Positions 1 to 10,109 are shown, counted from the stretch's first letter. The stretch is DNA of 64,000 nt from Alphaproteobacteria bacterium (GCA_965214705.1 OZ243972.1:160001-224000); one strand, 5' to 3'. The notes: generated from the letters alone by a model not told the origin. Numbers and translations: made by a program.

Positions 1-21
1 GAACAGATGATGCGGGCACCC

Positions 22-795
22 CTAGCGGTTGTTGAAGGCGGGCTCGCGCTTCTCGATGAAGGCGTCCATCCCTTCCTTCTGGTCCTCGGTCGCGAAGCTC
101 GCGTAGAAGACCGCGCGCTCGTAGAGCACGCCCTCCGTGAGCGTTGTCTCGAAGGCCCGGTTCACGCTTGCCTTGGCGAGCGCGACGGTGGGCGCCGAGA
201 AATGCGCGATCTGCTCGGCGACGGCGACCGCCTCGTCCACCACGTCGGCGACCGGCACGACGCGGCTCGCGAGCCCGCTGCGCTCGGCCTCCTCGGCATT
301 CATCATGCGCCCGGTCAGGATCATTTCCATCGCCTTCGACTTGCCGACGGCGCGGGTCAGCCGCTGGGTGCCGCCGGCGCCGGGAATGGTGCCGAGCTTG
401 ATCTCCGGCTGGCCGAATCTCGCGTTATCGGCGGCGATCACGATGTCGCACATCATCGCAAGCTCGCAGCCGCCGCCGAGCGCATAGCCCGCGACTGCCG
501 CGATCACCGGCTTGCGGAAGGCGGTGATGCGGTTCCACGCGGCGATGAAGTCGCTGCCGTAGGCATCGACGAAGTTCAGCCTGCGCATCTCGCCGATGTC
601 GGCACCGGCCGCGAAGGCCTTCTCGTTGCCGGTGACGACGACGGCGCCGATCTCGTCTTCCGCTTCGAAGCTGTCGAGCACGGCGTTGAGCTCGCCGATC
701 AGCGCGCCGTTCAGCGCGTTGAGCGCCTTGGGCCGGTTCAGCGTAATCAGGCCGACCCGGCCGCGCCGGTCGACGGTAATGTGTTCATAGGCCAT
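22..795 (-). CDS. enoyl-CoA hydratase (crotonase family)
   Basis: [52 protein letters not shown] and [18 protein letters not shown] crotonase motifs; start trimmed to ATG at 795. Confidence 0.93.
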   Translation of the reverse strand: MAYEHITVDRRGRVGLITLNRPKALNALNGALIGELNAVLDSFEAEDEIGAVVVTGNEKAFAAGADIGEMRRLNFVDAYGSDFIAAWNRITAFRKPVIAAVAGYALGGGCELAMMCDIVIAADNARFGQPEIKLGTIPGAGGTQRLTRAVGKSKAMEMILTGRMMNAEEAERSGLASRVVPVADVVDEAVAVAEQIAHFSAPTVALAKASVNRAFETTLTEGVLYERAVFYASFATEDQKEGMDAFIEKREPAFNNR

Positions 796-887
796 CGTGT
801 TCTCCCTCAAGGGGCCGGGGTCCGCGTTCTTGTCGGGCGGGCTGCGTCCGGACGGGCGCCGCGAGGGGCGTCCGGCCGCCTCATTAC

Positions 888-1712
888 TCACCGTTGGCGT
901 TTTGCGCAATAGAATGTCGAGCGGTTGCTCTGCACGATGCGCCGCACCGCAGCCCCGCAATCGCAGCCTGGGCAGGGCTGGCCCGCTCGGTCGTACACCG
1001 CGAAGCGATGCTGAAAGTAGCCGAGCTCGCCCGATGCCTGCACGTAATCCCGGAGCGACGATCCGCCGGCTGCGATGGCCGCCTCCAGCACGTCCTTGAT
1101 CGCGCGGGCGAGCCGCACCGCGCGTCCGCCCTGAACCGAACCCGCGCGGCGCCTCGGGCTCAGGCCCGCATAGTAGAGCGCCTCGCAGACATAGATGTTG
1201 CCGAGGCCTGCGATCACCCGCTGGTCGAGCAGCGCGGCCTTGATCGGCGTGTCCTTGCCTCTGAGCCGCGCAGCCAGCGCCGGCCCGTCGAAATCCGCGC
1301 CTAGCGGCTCGGGGCCCATGGCGCTCAGCAGCTCATGCTCATCGAGCCGAGCCGCCTCGGCCAAGTCCATCAGGCCGAAGCGCCGGTGGTCGACGTAGCT
1401 CAGCACCGCGCCGTCGTCGAAGTGGAGGACGACGTGCTCGTGCGCAGCGCCGCTCGGCGCCGCGTCGACGAAGAGACGCCCCGACATGCCGAGATGAACG
1501 ATCAGCACGCGGCCACCGTCGAGATGCACCAGCAGGTACTTGCCGCGCCGCCCGAAGCTCTGCACCGCCCGGCCCGTCAGCACCTGCCCCATGTCCGGCG
1601 GGAGCGGCCGGCGGAGATCGCCGCGCCGCACCGTGACATGGGTGATGCGCCGGCCGGTAATGCGCGCGGCGAGCCCGCGGCGCACGGTTTCGACCTCGGG
1701 CAATTCCGGCAT
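888..1712 (-). CDS. mutM: formamidopyrimidine-DNA glycosylase (Fpg/MutM)
   Basis: [11 protein letters not shown]-terminus, RRGKYL, HLGMSG, GLGNIY and C-terminal zinc finger CPGC...FYCAKRQ. Confidence 0.96.
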   Translation of the reverse strand: MPELPEVETVRRGLAARITGRRITHVTVRRGDLRRPLPPDMGQVLTGRAVQSFGRRGKYLLVHLDGGRVLIVHLGMSGRLFVDAAPSGAAHEHVVLHFDDGAVLSYVDHRRFGLMDLAEAARLDEHELLSAMGPEPLGADFDGPALAARLRGKDTPIKAALLDQRVIAGLGNIYVCEALYYAGLSPRRRAGSVQGGRAVRLARAIKDVLEAAIAAGGSSLRDYVQASGELGYFQHRFAVYDRAGQPCPGCDCGAAVRRIVQSNRSTFYCAKRQR

Positions 1713-1761
1713 CCTGCGGCCACGGTAGCGCGGGTTCCGCCGCTGGGCTATGGTCGCCGCC

Positions 1762-2532
1762 ATGGCCTCCGCGCGCGGTGAGCACGACGCCACGGGTGGC
1801 GCCGATTTCGGCTTCCGCCGCGTCGGCGAGGACGAGAAGCCGGGGCTCGTCCGCGACCTGTTCGACCGGGTCGCCGGCCGCTACGACCTCATGAACGACC
1901 TGATGAGCGGCGGGGTCCATCGCCTGTGGAAGCGCGAGATGGTGGCCTGGCTCGCGCCCCGTCCCGGCATGGCGGTGCTCGACGTGGCCGGCGGCACCGG
2001 CGATATCGCGCGCCGGGTGTGGGAGGCGATGGAAGGCGAGGGCCGCGTCATCGTCTGCGACGCGAGCGAGCAGATGGTGGACGCAGGCCGCGAGCGCACC
2101 TGGAACGCCGGTCTCATCGGCGGCATCGAGTGGCTGGTGGGCGATGCCGAGGCGTTGCCACTGCCTCCGCGCTCGGTGGATGCCTATACGATCGCCTTCG
2201 GCATCCGCAACGTGACGCGGATCGAGCGGGCGCTGGAGGAGGCCGCGCGCGTGCTTCGCCCCGGCGGGCGCTTCCTTTGCCTCGAATTCAACTCGCGCCC
2301 GCCCGCCGGCGTGGATCGCCTCTACAATGCGTATTCCTTCGCCGTGATTCCCACGCTGGGCGCGGCGGTCACTGGCCAGCGCGACGCCTACGCCTACCTT
2401 GTGGAGAGCATCCGCCGCTTCCCGCCGCCGGAGAAACTCGCCGCCATGATGACCGATGCCGGCTTCGGCGGCGTGCGCGTCCGTTCGCTCTCCGCCGGCA
2501 TCGCCACGCTCCATTCGGGCTGGCGCGTCTAA
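1762..2532 (+). CDS. ubiE: ubiquinone/menaquinone biosynthesis C-methyltransferase
   Basis: [43 protein letters not shown] and [10 protein letters not shown]; mutM-ubiE-ubiB synteny; start 1750 or 1762. Confidence 0.95.
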   Translation: MASARGEHDATGGADFGFRRVGEDEKPGLVRDLFDRVAGRYDLMNDLMSGGVHRLWKREMVAWLAPRPGMAVLDVAGGTGDIARRVWEAMEGEGRVIVCDASEQMVDAGRERTWNAGLIGGIEWLVGDAEALPLPPRSVDAYTIAFGIRNVTRIERALEEAARVLRPGGRFLCLEFNSRPPAGVDRLYNAYSFAVIPTLGAAVTGQRDAYAYLVESIRRFPPPEKLAAMMTDAGFGGVRVRSLSAGIATLHSGWRV

Positions 2533-2547
2533 CCTGGCCTTCCCGCC

Positions 2548-4086
2548 ATGCGCCGGGCGCTCAGAAACATCGGGCGGCTGCTGCGGATCGCCTGGACCTT
2601 GGGCCGCTGGGACGCGCTCTTCCTCCTCCGCGACTTCGGCCTCGTGCCGGCGGTAACCTTTCTCACAGGCATGGCGCCCAAGAAGCGCGGGTTGGGCACG
2701 CCGGGGCAGCGGCTCGCTGGCGCGCTACAGGTCCTGGGCCCCAGTTTCATCAAGTTCGGCCAGGCCCTTTCCACCCGGCCGGACCTGGTAGGCGAGGAGA
2801 TCGCCGCCGAGCTCTCCGCCCTGCAGGACCGCCTGCCGCCCTTCGAGGCCAAGGCCGCGCGCGCCATCGTCGAATCCGAGTTCGGCGTATCTCTGGAGAC
2901 CCTGTTCAAGGAATTCACCGACGAGCCGGTGGCGGCGGCCTCCATCGCGCAGGTGCACTTCGCGGTGACCGCGACCGGCGAGCCGGTTGCGGTCAAGATA
3001 CTCAGGCCCGGCGTGGAGCGGGCCCTCGAGCGCGATCTCGAGCTCTTCTACTGGCTCGCGGAGCTCGCCGAGCGGACGCTGCCCTCCTGGCGCCGGCTGC
3101 GGCCGGTCGAGGTCATCCGCACCTTTGCCCAGAGCGTGATGATCGAGATGGATCTTCGCTTCGAGGCCGCCGCCGCCTCGGAGCTGCGCCAGAACTTCGC
3201 CGAGGATCCCAGCTTCCTGGTGCCGGCGGTCGACTGGCGGCGCACCAGCCGCCGCGTGCTTACGCTGGAGCGGGTCGAGGGCATCCCGATCGACGAGCGC
3301 GACGCCCTGGTGGCGGCCGGCCACGACCCCTACGAAGTTCTGGGCAAGGCGGCCGAGGCCTTCTTCAACCAGGCCTTTCGGGACGGCTTCTTCCACGCCG
3401 ACTTGCATCCCGGCAACCTGCTGGTGAACGCGGATGGCAACATCGTCGCCGTCGATTTCGGCATCATGGGCCGGCTCGACACCCAGACCCGGCGCTACCT
3501 CGCCGAGATGTTGCTGGGCTTCCTGATCGGCGACTACGAGCGCGTGGCCGAGGTGCACTTCGAGGCTGGCTACGTGCCGCGGCGAACCTCCAAGGCGGCC
3601 TTCGTCCAGGCGCTCCGGTCCATCGGCGAGCCGATCCTGGGCCGGCCGCTCAACGAGATTTCCATCGCCAAGCTGCTGGGCCAGCTCTTTCAAATCACCG
3701 AAGCCTTCGAGATGGAGACCCAGCCCCAGCTCCTGCTGCTGCAGAAGACGATGCTCATGGCCGAGGGGCTGACTCGCCGCCTCACGCCTGACCAGAACAT
3801 GTGGGTCTTCACCCGGCCGTTGATCGAGCGCTGGGCGCGCGAGAACCTCGGCGTTCAGGCCCGCGTGCGCGATATGGCCGAGGAGTTTCTGGAAGCGGCG
3901 GGCCGGCTGCCGCGCCTTGCCGCGCGTGCCGAGCGGGTGCTGGACGGGTTGGAGGCGGGGGTCTCGCTGTCGCCCGATACGCTGGAGGCGATGGGCGGGC
4001 GCAAGCGAGGCGGCAGCACGATGCCCATCCTGCTCGGCGTGATCGCCGCGCTGCTCGCGGGTCTCTTGGCGGTACAGCTCTTGTAA
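2548..4086 (+). CDS. ubiB: ubiquinone biosynthesis kinase-like protein UbiB
   Basis: LGPSFIKFGQALSTRPDL, AAASIAQVH, VAVKILRPG, FFHADLHPGN, DFGIMG and QPQLLLLQKT. Confidence 0.95.
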   Translation: MRRALRNIGRLLRIAWTLGRWDALFLLRDFGLVPAVTFLTGMAPKKRGLGTPGQRLAGALQVLGPSFIKFGQALSTRPDLVGEEIAAELSALQDRLPPFEAKAARAIVESEFGVSLETLFKEFTDEPVAAASIAQVHFAVTATGEPVAVKILRPGVERALERDLELFYWLAELAERTLPSWRRLRPVEVIRTFAQSVMIEMDLRFEAAAASELRQNFAEDPSFLVPAVDWRRTSRRVLTLERVEGIPIDERDALVAAGHDPYEVLGKAAEAFFNQAFRDGFFHADLHPGNLLVNADGNIVAVDFGIMGRLDTQTRRYLAEMLLGFLIGDYERVAEVHFEAGYVPRRTSKAAFVQALRSIGEPILGRPLNEISIAKLLGQLFQITEAFEMETQPQLLLLQKTMLMAEGLTRRLTPDQNMWVFTRPLIERWARENLGVQARVRDMAEEFLEAAGRLPRLAARAERVLDGLEAGVSLSPDTLEAMGGRKRGGSTMPILLGVIAALLAGLLAVQLL

Positions 4087-4308
4087 GATGGAGCGCGTCC
4101 GGCTTTGACGGACGCGCGACAGGCCGCGACCGCGGCCCGCCGCTTATGCGGCGCCATCGCGCGCCCGCGCGCGTGGACGCGCGACGCGGAGGCGCCGGTC
4201 GTCGCGCCCATAGGCGCGCGGACTCGCGCGACGGCCGGCTGCCGTGAGCGAAAAAAGCGGGAGCGCCCCGGTCTTGACACGGGCGGCCGGGCGCGGAGAG
4301 TGCGGGAC

Positions 4309-5169
4309 ATGGACGCCGACGCGATCAAGCGCGAAACCGAGCTCGTGCGGGCCGACTGGGCCGGGCGTGGGCGCCATTGGGATCGGCGGGCCGACGAGAT
4401 CGCCGAGCAGGCGGCCCGCATGAACGCGCCACTGATCGAAGCGGCCGACATCGCGCCGGGCCAGCAAGTCTGCGACATCGCCACGGGCGCGGGCGAGCCT
4501 GCGCTCAGCGTCGCAGCCCTGGTGGGTACGGAAGGCCGCGTCTTCGCCACCGACCTCTGCCCCGAGATGATGCTGGGCGCGCGGCGGCGGGCTGCCGCCC
4601 AGGGCCTCGGCAACATCACCTTCAGGACCGCCGACATGCTGGCGCTCCCCGACACGGACGGCGTGTTTGACCGGGTGATCTGCCGTTTCGGCCTGATGTT
4701 TTGCCCTGCGCCTGCGCGCGCAGCCGCCGAGGCCATGCGCGTGCTCAAGCCGGGAGGGCGGGTGGCCTATCTGGTCTGGGGACCGCGCGAGGAGACGACC
4801 ATGTTCGTCGTATTCGTCGCTGCCGCCGAGGCCGTACTGGGCCCTCTCGATACGGTGGACGACATCGACCTCGCCCGGCCCTTCTCGCTCGGCGCGCCCG
4901 GCGCGCTCGCCGAAGCGCTTGGAAGCGGCGGTTTGACCCAAGTGGAGGAGCGGGAGGTCCGCTTCGCGCCCCGTGTGCCGGCGCAGGCGCCGTTCTGGCA
5001 GGCGCAGTTCGACATGACCTTCGGCCGCGCCCTGGACGGTACCTCGGAGGCAACGCAGAGCGCCCTGAAGGAGGCGGTGGCGGCGGGCTTCGAGCGCCTG
5101 AGAGACGGCGACGAAGTCCCGATGGACGTTCATGTGCGGATCGGCACAGGCGTGAAGCCGACAGACTGA
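4309..5169 (+). CDS. class I SAM-dependent methyltransferase
   Basis: DIATGAGEP SAM-binding motif, FDRVICRFGLMF and RVLKPGG; start trimmed to ATG at 4309. Confidence 0.85.
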   Translation: MDADAIKRETELVRADWAGRGRHWDRRADEIAEQAARMNAPLIEAADIAPGQQVCDIATGAGEPALSVAALVGTEGRVFATDLCPEMMLGARRRAAAQGLGNITFRTADMLALPDTDGVFDRVICRFGLMFCPAPARAAAEAMRVLKPGGRVAYLVWGPREETTMFVVFVAAAEAVLGPLDTVDDIDLARPFSLGAPGALAEALGSGGLTQVEEREVRFAPRVPAQAPFWQAQFDMTFGRALDGTSEATQSALKEAVAAGFERLRDGDEVPMDVHVRIGTGVKPTD

Positions 5170-5276
5170 GCCCGCACCGCAGCCGGCGCCGGCTTCGGCG
5201 TGCCTCACAAAGAAATTCTTCAAAATCAGTACGTTACCCGAAATTGGGTTCGTTTTGTAAGTTCTGAATCCCAGAC

Positions 5277-5465
5277 TTACCCGGAGTGTGCGTGCTCGCT
5301 TTCCAATCGCGCGATTTCGTCCTTGAGCCGGAGTTTCTGGCGCTTGAGCCCTTGAATTTCGAGATTGTCGCCGCGGCCCTTGAGCGCGTCGATTTGCGCG
5401 TTGAGCGACTGATGTTCAGCGCGCAACGCCTCCAGGCGCTGCGCGATCGAGTCCTGATCGGTCAT
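5277..5465 (-). CDS. YdcH/DUF465 family small coiled-coil protein
   Basis: RLEALRAEHQSLNAQI...LKRQKLRLKDEIARLE pattern; AGGGGG SD-like sequence upstream. Confidence 0.85.
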   Translation of the reverse strand: MTDQDSIAQRLEALRAEHQSLNAQIDALKGRGDNLEIQGLKRQKLRLKDEIARLESEHAHSG

Positions 5466-5563
5466 TCGTCCCCCTTCGTCCTGTCAAATCCGGCGCATGG
5501 CCGTGACTCCATCGATATAGTGGCAGAACGCTGCCGCGAAAAGTCGTCCCGGCGCCGCGCGGC

Positions 5564-6922
5564 TCAAATGGTTTCGAAATAGCGCTCGTACTCCCAGGCA
5601 CTGACCTGGCTCTTCTGCCAGGCGCGCCAGAGATCGAGCTCGGCCCGGCGCGAGAGCGTGTAGTGATCCACGAAGCGGTCGCTGAAGACGCGGCGCAGGA
5701 AGGCCGAGCCTTCGAAGACCTCCACCGCCTCCTCCAGGGTGGCCGGTAGCTTGGTGCAGCTCTCGTCGAGCGCCGCGTTGCCGGTACACATCGGCGGCGG
5801 CGCGAGGCCCCGCTCGATGCCGTCGAGCCCTGCGGCCAACATGCCGCCGATGGCGAGATAGGCGTTGGAATCCGCGCCGGGCAGCCGGTTTTCGAAACGC
5901 GCACCGTGCGGGGTGGGCCGGGTGATGAGCCGCATCGCCGCGCTCCGGTTGTCGTCGCCCCATGATGCGTTTTCGGGCACCCAATGCTGCCAGTCCCGGC
6001 GCCGGAACGAGTTGACGTTGGGCATGCAGAGCGCGACGAGCGCCGGCAGGTGCTCCAGCTGGCCGGCCGCGTACTGTTTCGCGGTCTCGCTCACGCCGGC
6101 ACCATCCCAGAACGCATTTTCGCCGTCCCGCCACAGGCTCTGGTGGATGTGCCCGCCGCAGCCCGGCAGATCGGCATCGAGCTTGGCCATGAAGGTCGCG
6201 ATCATGCCGCGCTCGGCGCAGAGTTCCTTGAGGTAGGTCTTCGCGCGCATGGCACCATCGGCGGCCGCGAGCGCAGGGGCATGGGCCAGCGCGAACTCGA
6301 TGGCGCCGTGGCCCAGCTCGGTATGCATCGAGACCACCGGCGTCCCCACCTCCTCCATGCGCTGCATGAAGGTCTCGAAAACGGCGCGAAGCGCCGGCAG
6401 GCGCACCAGGCTGTAGGCATTCCGCCCACGCGAGACCGGCGTGAGCGTCCCCGGCGAGAGCGGCGAGGCGTCTTCGTCCACGTAGTAGATGAAGACCTCG
6501 TACTCGAGCGCGAAGCGCGGCTCGAAGCCCATCTCGGCGGCCTTGTCCGCGGCGCGCCTGAGCATCGTGCGCGGGCATTCCGGCGTCAGGGCTCCGTCGG
6601 CGTCGTGGATATCGAGGATGGCCGCCACCGTGTCCGGCCGCCAGGGCAGGCGGCAGACGGTGGCGGGGTCCGGTTTCCCGTAAACGTCGGCGAAGCCGTT
6701 CTCGTAGGACGAGAACGGCGAGAGATAGACATCGTCCGCCGTGGTCAGGCCGTAGATGATGTTCGACCAGCCGATCTCGGCCGACAGCCCCTTGTCGAGC
6801 GCGAGAAACTTGCCGCGCAGCCCGCCGTCCAGCTCCGGCGTCTCGACCTGAACGAAACGCACGCCTTCGGCGCGCATCTGCTCGCGCACCGCCGCCAATC
6901 CCTCAGTCGCCGTACCGCTCAT
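5564..6922 (-). CDS. glutamine synthetase-like (gamma-glutamyl-amine ligase) protein
   Basis: LRGK, ALEYE, HTELGHGAIE, ATFMAK, GHIHQSLW, NSFRR, WGDDNR and RFENRLPGAD GS catalytic-domain motifs. Confidence 0.88.
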   Translation of the reverse strand: MSGTATEGLAAVREQMRAEGVRFVQVETPELDGGLRGKFLALDKGLSAEIGWSNIIYGLTTADDVYLSPFSSYENGFADVYGKPDPATVCRLPWRPDTVAAILDIHDADGALTPECPRTMLRRAADKAAEMGFEPRFALEYEVFIYYVDEDASPLSPGTLTPVSRGRNAYSLVRLPALRAVFETFMQRMEEVGTPVVSMHTELGHGAIEFALAHAPALAAADGAMRAKTYLKELCAERGMIATFMAKLDADLPGCGGHIHQSLWRDGENAFWDGAGVSETAKQYAAGQLEHLPALVALCMPNVNSFRRRDWQHWVPENASWGDDNRSAAMRLITRPTPHGARFENRLPGADSNAYLAIGGMLAAGLDGIERGLAPPPMCTGNAALDESCTKLPATLEEAVEVFEGSAFLRRVFSDRFVDHYTLSRRAELDLWRAWQKSQVSAWEYERYFETI

Positions 6923-7989
6923 GCTCCCGCCCCCGTTCTGCCCGCCGCCGGCTTCTCATAGCCCACGCTGGTATAGGCCCCCGCCGGCACCAGCGACGGG
7001 TCCTTGTAGACCGACCAGCGGCAGACGCCGCCCTGCCGCGCCTCGGGCCAGGTCGGCGGGTCGATCACCCGTGTCGGATAGCCGAAGCGGCGGATCGGCA
7101 TGCGCTGGTTCAGCTGGCAGCAATGGACACAATAGACGCAGACGCCGGTCTTGCCCCAGGCCCAGTCATGGGCCTCCGTCGTCACGGCGAAGCCATACGG
7201 GGGTTCCATGCGGGGCCCATTGGGGTCATCGTCCCGGTAGGTGCGCCCGCCGGAGCCGCAGGGGTCGAAGCTCAGCACCCAGCGGTCCGCCTCCTCCGTG
7301 ATCTCGATGGCGCCCATGCGCCCCGGCCCGCTCAGGTGGCCCCGCAGCGAGAGCGCAGCGATCAGGATCAGCCGATGCATCGAGCGGGGCCACGGGTGCG
7401 TGGCGGTGTCGTAGACATCGTAGGTCTCGTACATCGGCGCCATGAGATCGTCCCAGAGCGGGCCGATGCGGCTCTCGCCCAGGTGGCGGACCACGAGGTC
7501 GAGCATGCCGTAGACCAGATCGCAGCCCCGGTCGTGAGTCTCGAGCCAGAGTGTGCGGGCGCGCTCCAGGCTCGCGCGGGCCGCGGGCGCGTCGCCGGCC
7601 GCGCAGGCCGTCCCGACATCGTCGATCGCGGCGGTGTAGGCGGCCCAGCCTGCGTGGATATCGAAGGGCTCGCCCGTCTCACCGGCCAGCAGCGCCTGCA
7701 GCCGGGCATCGCCAGCCGCAATCTCGGCCTCGCCCACGCCTTCGGCGCCCAAGTATTCCCTGATCTGGTCGGCCCAGAGGGCATAGAGCTCGTAGCCCTC
7801 GCGCGCTTCCTCGACCGTGTGGCGGGCAAGCGCCGCGGCATCCGCAAGGCGCCCGTCGTCAAGCGCCGCGGCTGCCAGGGTGTAGGACGAGGCGGCGTGG
7901 TCAGCCCATCCGCCAGCGCGCACCGGGTGCCCGATGATGGGATCGTCCACGAGTGGCCCCGCAGCGCCTCGGATCGCCTCCCCAGCCAC
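6919..7989 (-). CDS. uncharacterised Cys-rich protein (possible V4R/ATC-hydrolase-like C-terminal domain)
   Basis: 356-aa ORF with GTG start and AGGA SD; ATGA overlap with the GS-like gene; motifs LRGH, FDPCGSGGR, VCVYCVHCC and GVCRW. Confidence 0.75.
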   Translation of the reverse strand: MAGEAIRGAAGPLVDDPIIGHPVRAGGWADHAASSYTLAAAALDDGRLADAAALARHTVEEAREGYELYALWADQIREYLGAEGVGEAEIAAGDARLQALLAGETGEPFDIHAGWAAYTAAIDDVGTACAAGDAPAARASLERARTLWLETHDRGCDLVYGMLDLVVRHLGESRIGPLWDDLMAPMYETYDVYDTATHPWPRSMHRLILIAALSLRGHLSGPGRMGAIEITEEADRWVLSFDPCGSGGRTYRDDDPNGPRMEPPYGFAVTTEAHDWAWGKTGVCVYCVHCCQLNQRMPIRRFGYPTRVIDPPTWPEARQGGVCRWSVYKDPSLVPAGAYTSVGYEKPAAGRTGAGA

Positions 7990-8044
7990 GCTTTGTCCTA
8001 GCCGTACTGCAGTCCACTGCTCCGCGGCGCCGCGGGGTTGCTTC

Positions 8045-8073
8045 AGGGTAGGAAATCACGCGCCATCGGTAAA
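8045..8073 (-). promoter_or_regulatory. putative sigma70 promoter for the Cys-rich protein/GS-like operon
   Basis: TTTACC-N17-TACCCT on the minus strand, about 55 bp upstream of the GTG at 7989. Confidence 0.4.
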
Positions 8074-8102
8074 GGAGGCACCCGCTACGGCCTCCGGCCG
8101 GC

Positions 8103-9092
8103 TCAGCCGCCGGGCCGCTCCACCGTCAGCACCTGCTTGCCGACCACGCTGCGGCTCTGGAACCCCTGCAGCGCCGCAGGTGCCTCCGCGAGCGGCAGGC
8201 GGCGGGAGATGCGGGGCTTCAGCGCGCCTTCCTCGTACCAGCGGAAGAGATCGTCGAAATAGGCGCGGTTCGCGGCGCGGTCGCGCTGGGCGAAGGCGCC
8301 CCAGGCGACGCCGACCACGCTGATCTCCTTGAGCAGAATGATGTTGGTGTTGGCCTCGGCGATGCGGCCGGAGGCGAAGCCGATGACCAGCAAGCGCCCG
8401 TTCCACGCGATGCAACGCATTGACGTATCGAAGATATCGCCGCCCACCGGGTCGTAGATCACGTCGGCGCCGCGCCCGTCGGTCAGGGCCTTGACCCGCT
8501 CGCGCAAATCCTCGGTGCGGTAGTTGACGAAGTGATCGGCGCCGTGGTCGCGCGCCAGTTCCAGCTTTTCGTCGCTGCTTGCGGCCGCGATCACCGTGGC
8601 GCCCAGGCACTTGCCGATTTCCACCGCCGAGAGCCCCACACCGCCGGACGCGCCGTGCACCAGCAGCGTCTCGCCCTCGGCCAGCGCCGCGCGCCCGACC
8701 AGCGCATGGTAGCTGGTGCCGTAGACCACGGGGAAGGCCGCTGCGACATCGAACGGCATGGCATCGGGGATGGGGATGACGCATTCCGCCGGCGCCACCA
8801 CCTCCTCGGCCATGCAGCCGTAGGACATGTAGGCGAGCACCCGCGTGCCGGGCGCGGGCCCCTCCACGCCGGGGCCGAGCTCCGCGACGGTGCCCGCGCA
8901 TTCGAGGCCGGGGCTGAACGGGAAGGCTGGCCTGACCTGGTACTTGCCCTCGATCAACAGGAGATCGGGAAAGTTCACGCCCACCGCGGCCACGGCGATG
9001 CGGACGCTGCCGGGCGCGATCGCCGGCGCCTCCACGTCTTCGAACACAAGGGTCTCGGGCGGGCCAAAGGCCTTGCAGAGAACTGCTTTCAT
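8103..9092 (-). CDS. NADPH:quinone oxidoreductase (MDR/zeta-crystallin family)
   Basis: GVNFPDLL..GKYQ, PFSPGLE, LVHGASGGVG, YDPVGG and LLVIGFASG. Confidence 0.9.
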   Translation of the reverse strand: MKAVLCKAFGPPETLVFEDVEAPAIAPGSVRIAVAAVGVNFPDLLLIEGKYQVRPAFPFSPGLECAGTVAELGPGVEGPAPGTRVLAYMSYGCMAEEVVAPAECVIPIPDAMPFDVAAAFPVVYGTSYHALVGRAALAEGETLLVHGASGGVGLSAVEIGKCLGATVIAAASSDEKLELARDHGADHFVNYRTEDLRERVKALTDGRGADVIYDPVGGDIFDTSMRCIAWNGRLLVIGFASGRIAEANTNIILLKEISVVGVAWGAFAQRDRAANRAYFDDLFRWYEEGALKPRISRRLPLAEAPAALQGFQSRSVVGKQVLTVERPGG

Positions 9093-9141
9093 GGCATGAC
9101 GTCTCGTGAATGAGGGGTCGAGCAGGCGAAGCGGGTGACTC

Positions 9142-9666
9142 TCAGTCCAGCACCGTCCCGTCGCGGGCGAGCGGCGGTGCCACGGAACCCCCGTCGAACT
9201 CCACCGTGGCGATCAGCTCCACCGAGTGGTTGACCGCGAGCCCGCGGCAGCCGATGGCAGCCCGCGTCGGCATCAGGCGCCGGCCGTACAGCTCGACCAG
9301 CAGGTCGACCGCGCCGTTGATAACGCGCGGCTGATCGACGAAATCGGGCCCCGAGTTCACGTAGCCGTGCAGATGCAGCATCCGGTGCATCCGGTCGAGA
9401 TCGCCCAGCGCATACTTGATCAGGCCGAGATAGCAGAGCATGCACTGGCGGGCCGCCTCGTAGCCCTCCTCGATCGTGCGGTCTTCGCCGAGGATTCCGG
9501 GCAGATAGGGCTTGCCGTCCTTCATCGGCGTGCAGCCCGAGAGGTAGAGCACGCGCCCGAGGGCATGGTGCGAGACGTATTTCGCGGCCGCCGGGTTGGT
9601 GCCGTAGCTGTCTTCAAGCCGGGGGAGCGTCAGGCCCGCGGCCTCGATCTTCTGCTCGATGGTCAT
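9142..9666 (-). CDS. RidA/YjgF-like (Atu1372-type) protein
   Basis: IEQKIEAAGLTLP, YLSG, GYVNS..DF.DQPRVINGA.DLLVELYG and RAAIG; start ATG at 9666. Confidence 0.8.
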   Translation of the reverse strand: MTIEQKIEAAGLTLPRLEDSYGTNPAAAKYVSHHALGRVLYLSGCTPMKDGKPYLPGILGEDRTIEEGYEAARQCMLCYLGLIKYALGDLDRMHRMLHLHGYVNSGPDFVDQPRVINGAVDLLVELYGRRLMPTRAAIGCRGLAVNHSVELIATVEFDGGSVAPPLARDGTVLD

Positions 9667-9672
9667 GCGCCG

Positions 9673-9701
9673 AGCATGGTGCGCGGCGAGTGCCAAGTCA
9701 A
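9673..9701 (-). promoter_or_regulatory. sigma70 promoter, probably leaderless, for the RidA-like gene
   Basis: TTGACT-N17-CATGCT followed 6 nt later by the ATG. Confidence 0.55.
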
Positions 9702-9734
9702 CGACGGGGCCACCGCTTCGGCTATACTCGCGTC

Positions 9735-10109
9735 ATGGGCAGGCATGAAGGCACGCGCGATGACGACGATCCGGCCACGCTCGCCCGCCGCTTCCTCGAT
9801 CTCTGGCAGGAAGAGGTCGCCGGTACCGGTCGGGGCGAAGGTCCCGGCGCGCTCACGCTCCGCCTTGCCGCCCTGCCCCTCGCCGTGCTCGCAGGCGGTG
9901 GGGAGAACGGCGGTCTGAATGCCCACACTGGAACCGCCGCCGCGGCTCGGGCCCAGGCCGCTGCCGCTCCATCTGGGGATGGCGCTCAGCGTCTGGCTGA
10001 GCTCTCTCGCCGCCTTGCGGCTCTCGAGGAGCGGATCGCTGAACTGGCAGCACGCGGACCCGGCGGAGGCGACGGCACTCCAGGAGAAGCTGGCAGAGAC
10101 CGATCCTGA
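9735..10109 (+). CDS. hypothetical protein overlapping the PHA synthase gene (possible PhaE-like partner)
   Basis: TATACT 6 nt before the ATG; LARRFLDLWQE N-terminal helix and LAELSRRLAALEERIAEL coiled coil. Confidence 0.55.
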   Translation: MGRHEGTRDDDDPATLARRFLDLWQEEVAGTGRGEGPGALTLRLAALPLAVLAGGGENGGLNAHTGTAAAARAQAAAAPSGDGAQRLAELSRRLAALEERIAELAARGPGGGDGTPGEAGRDRS

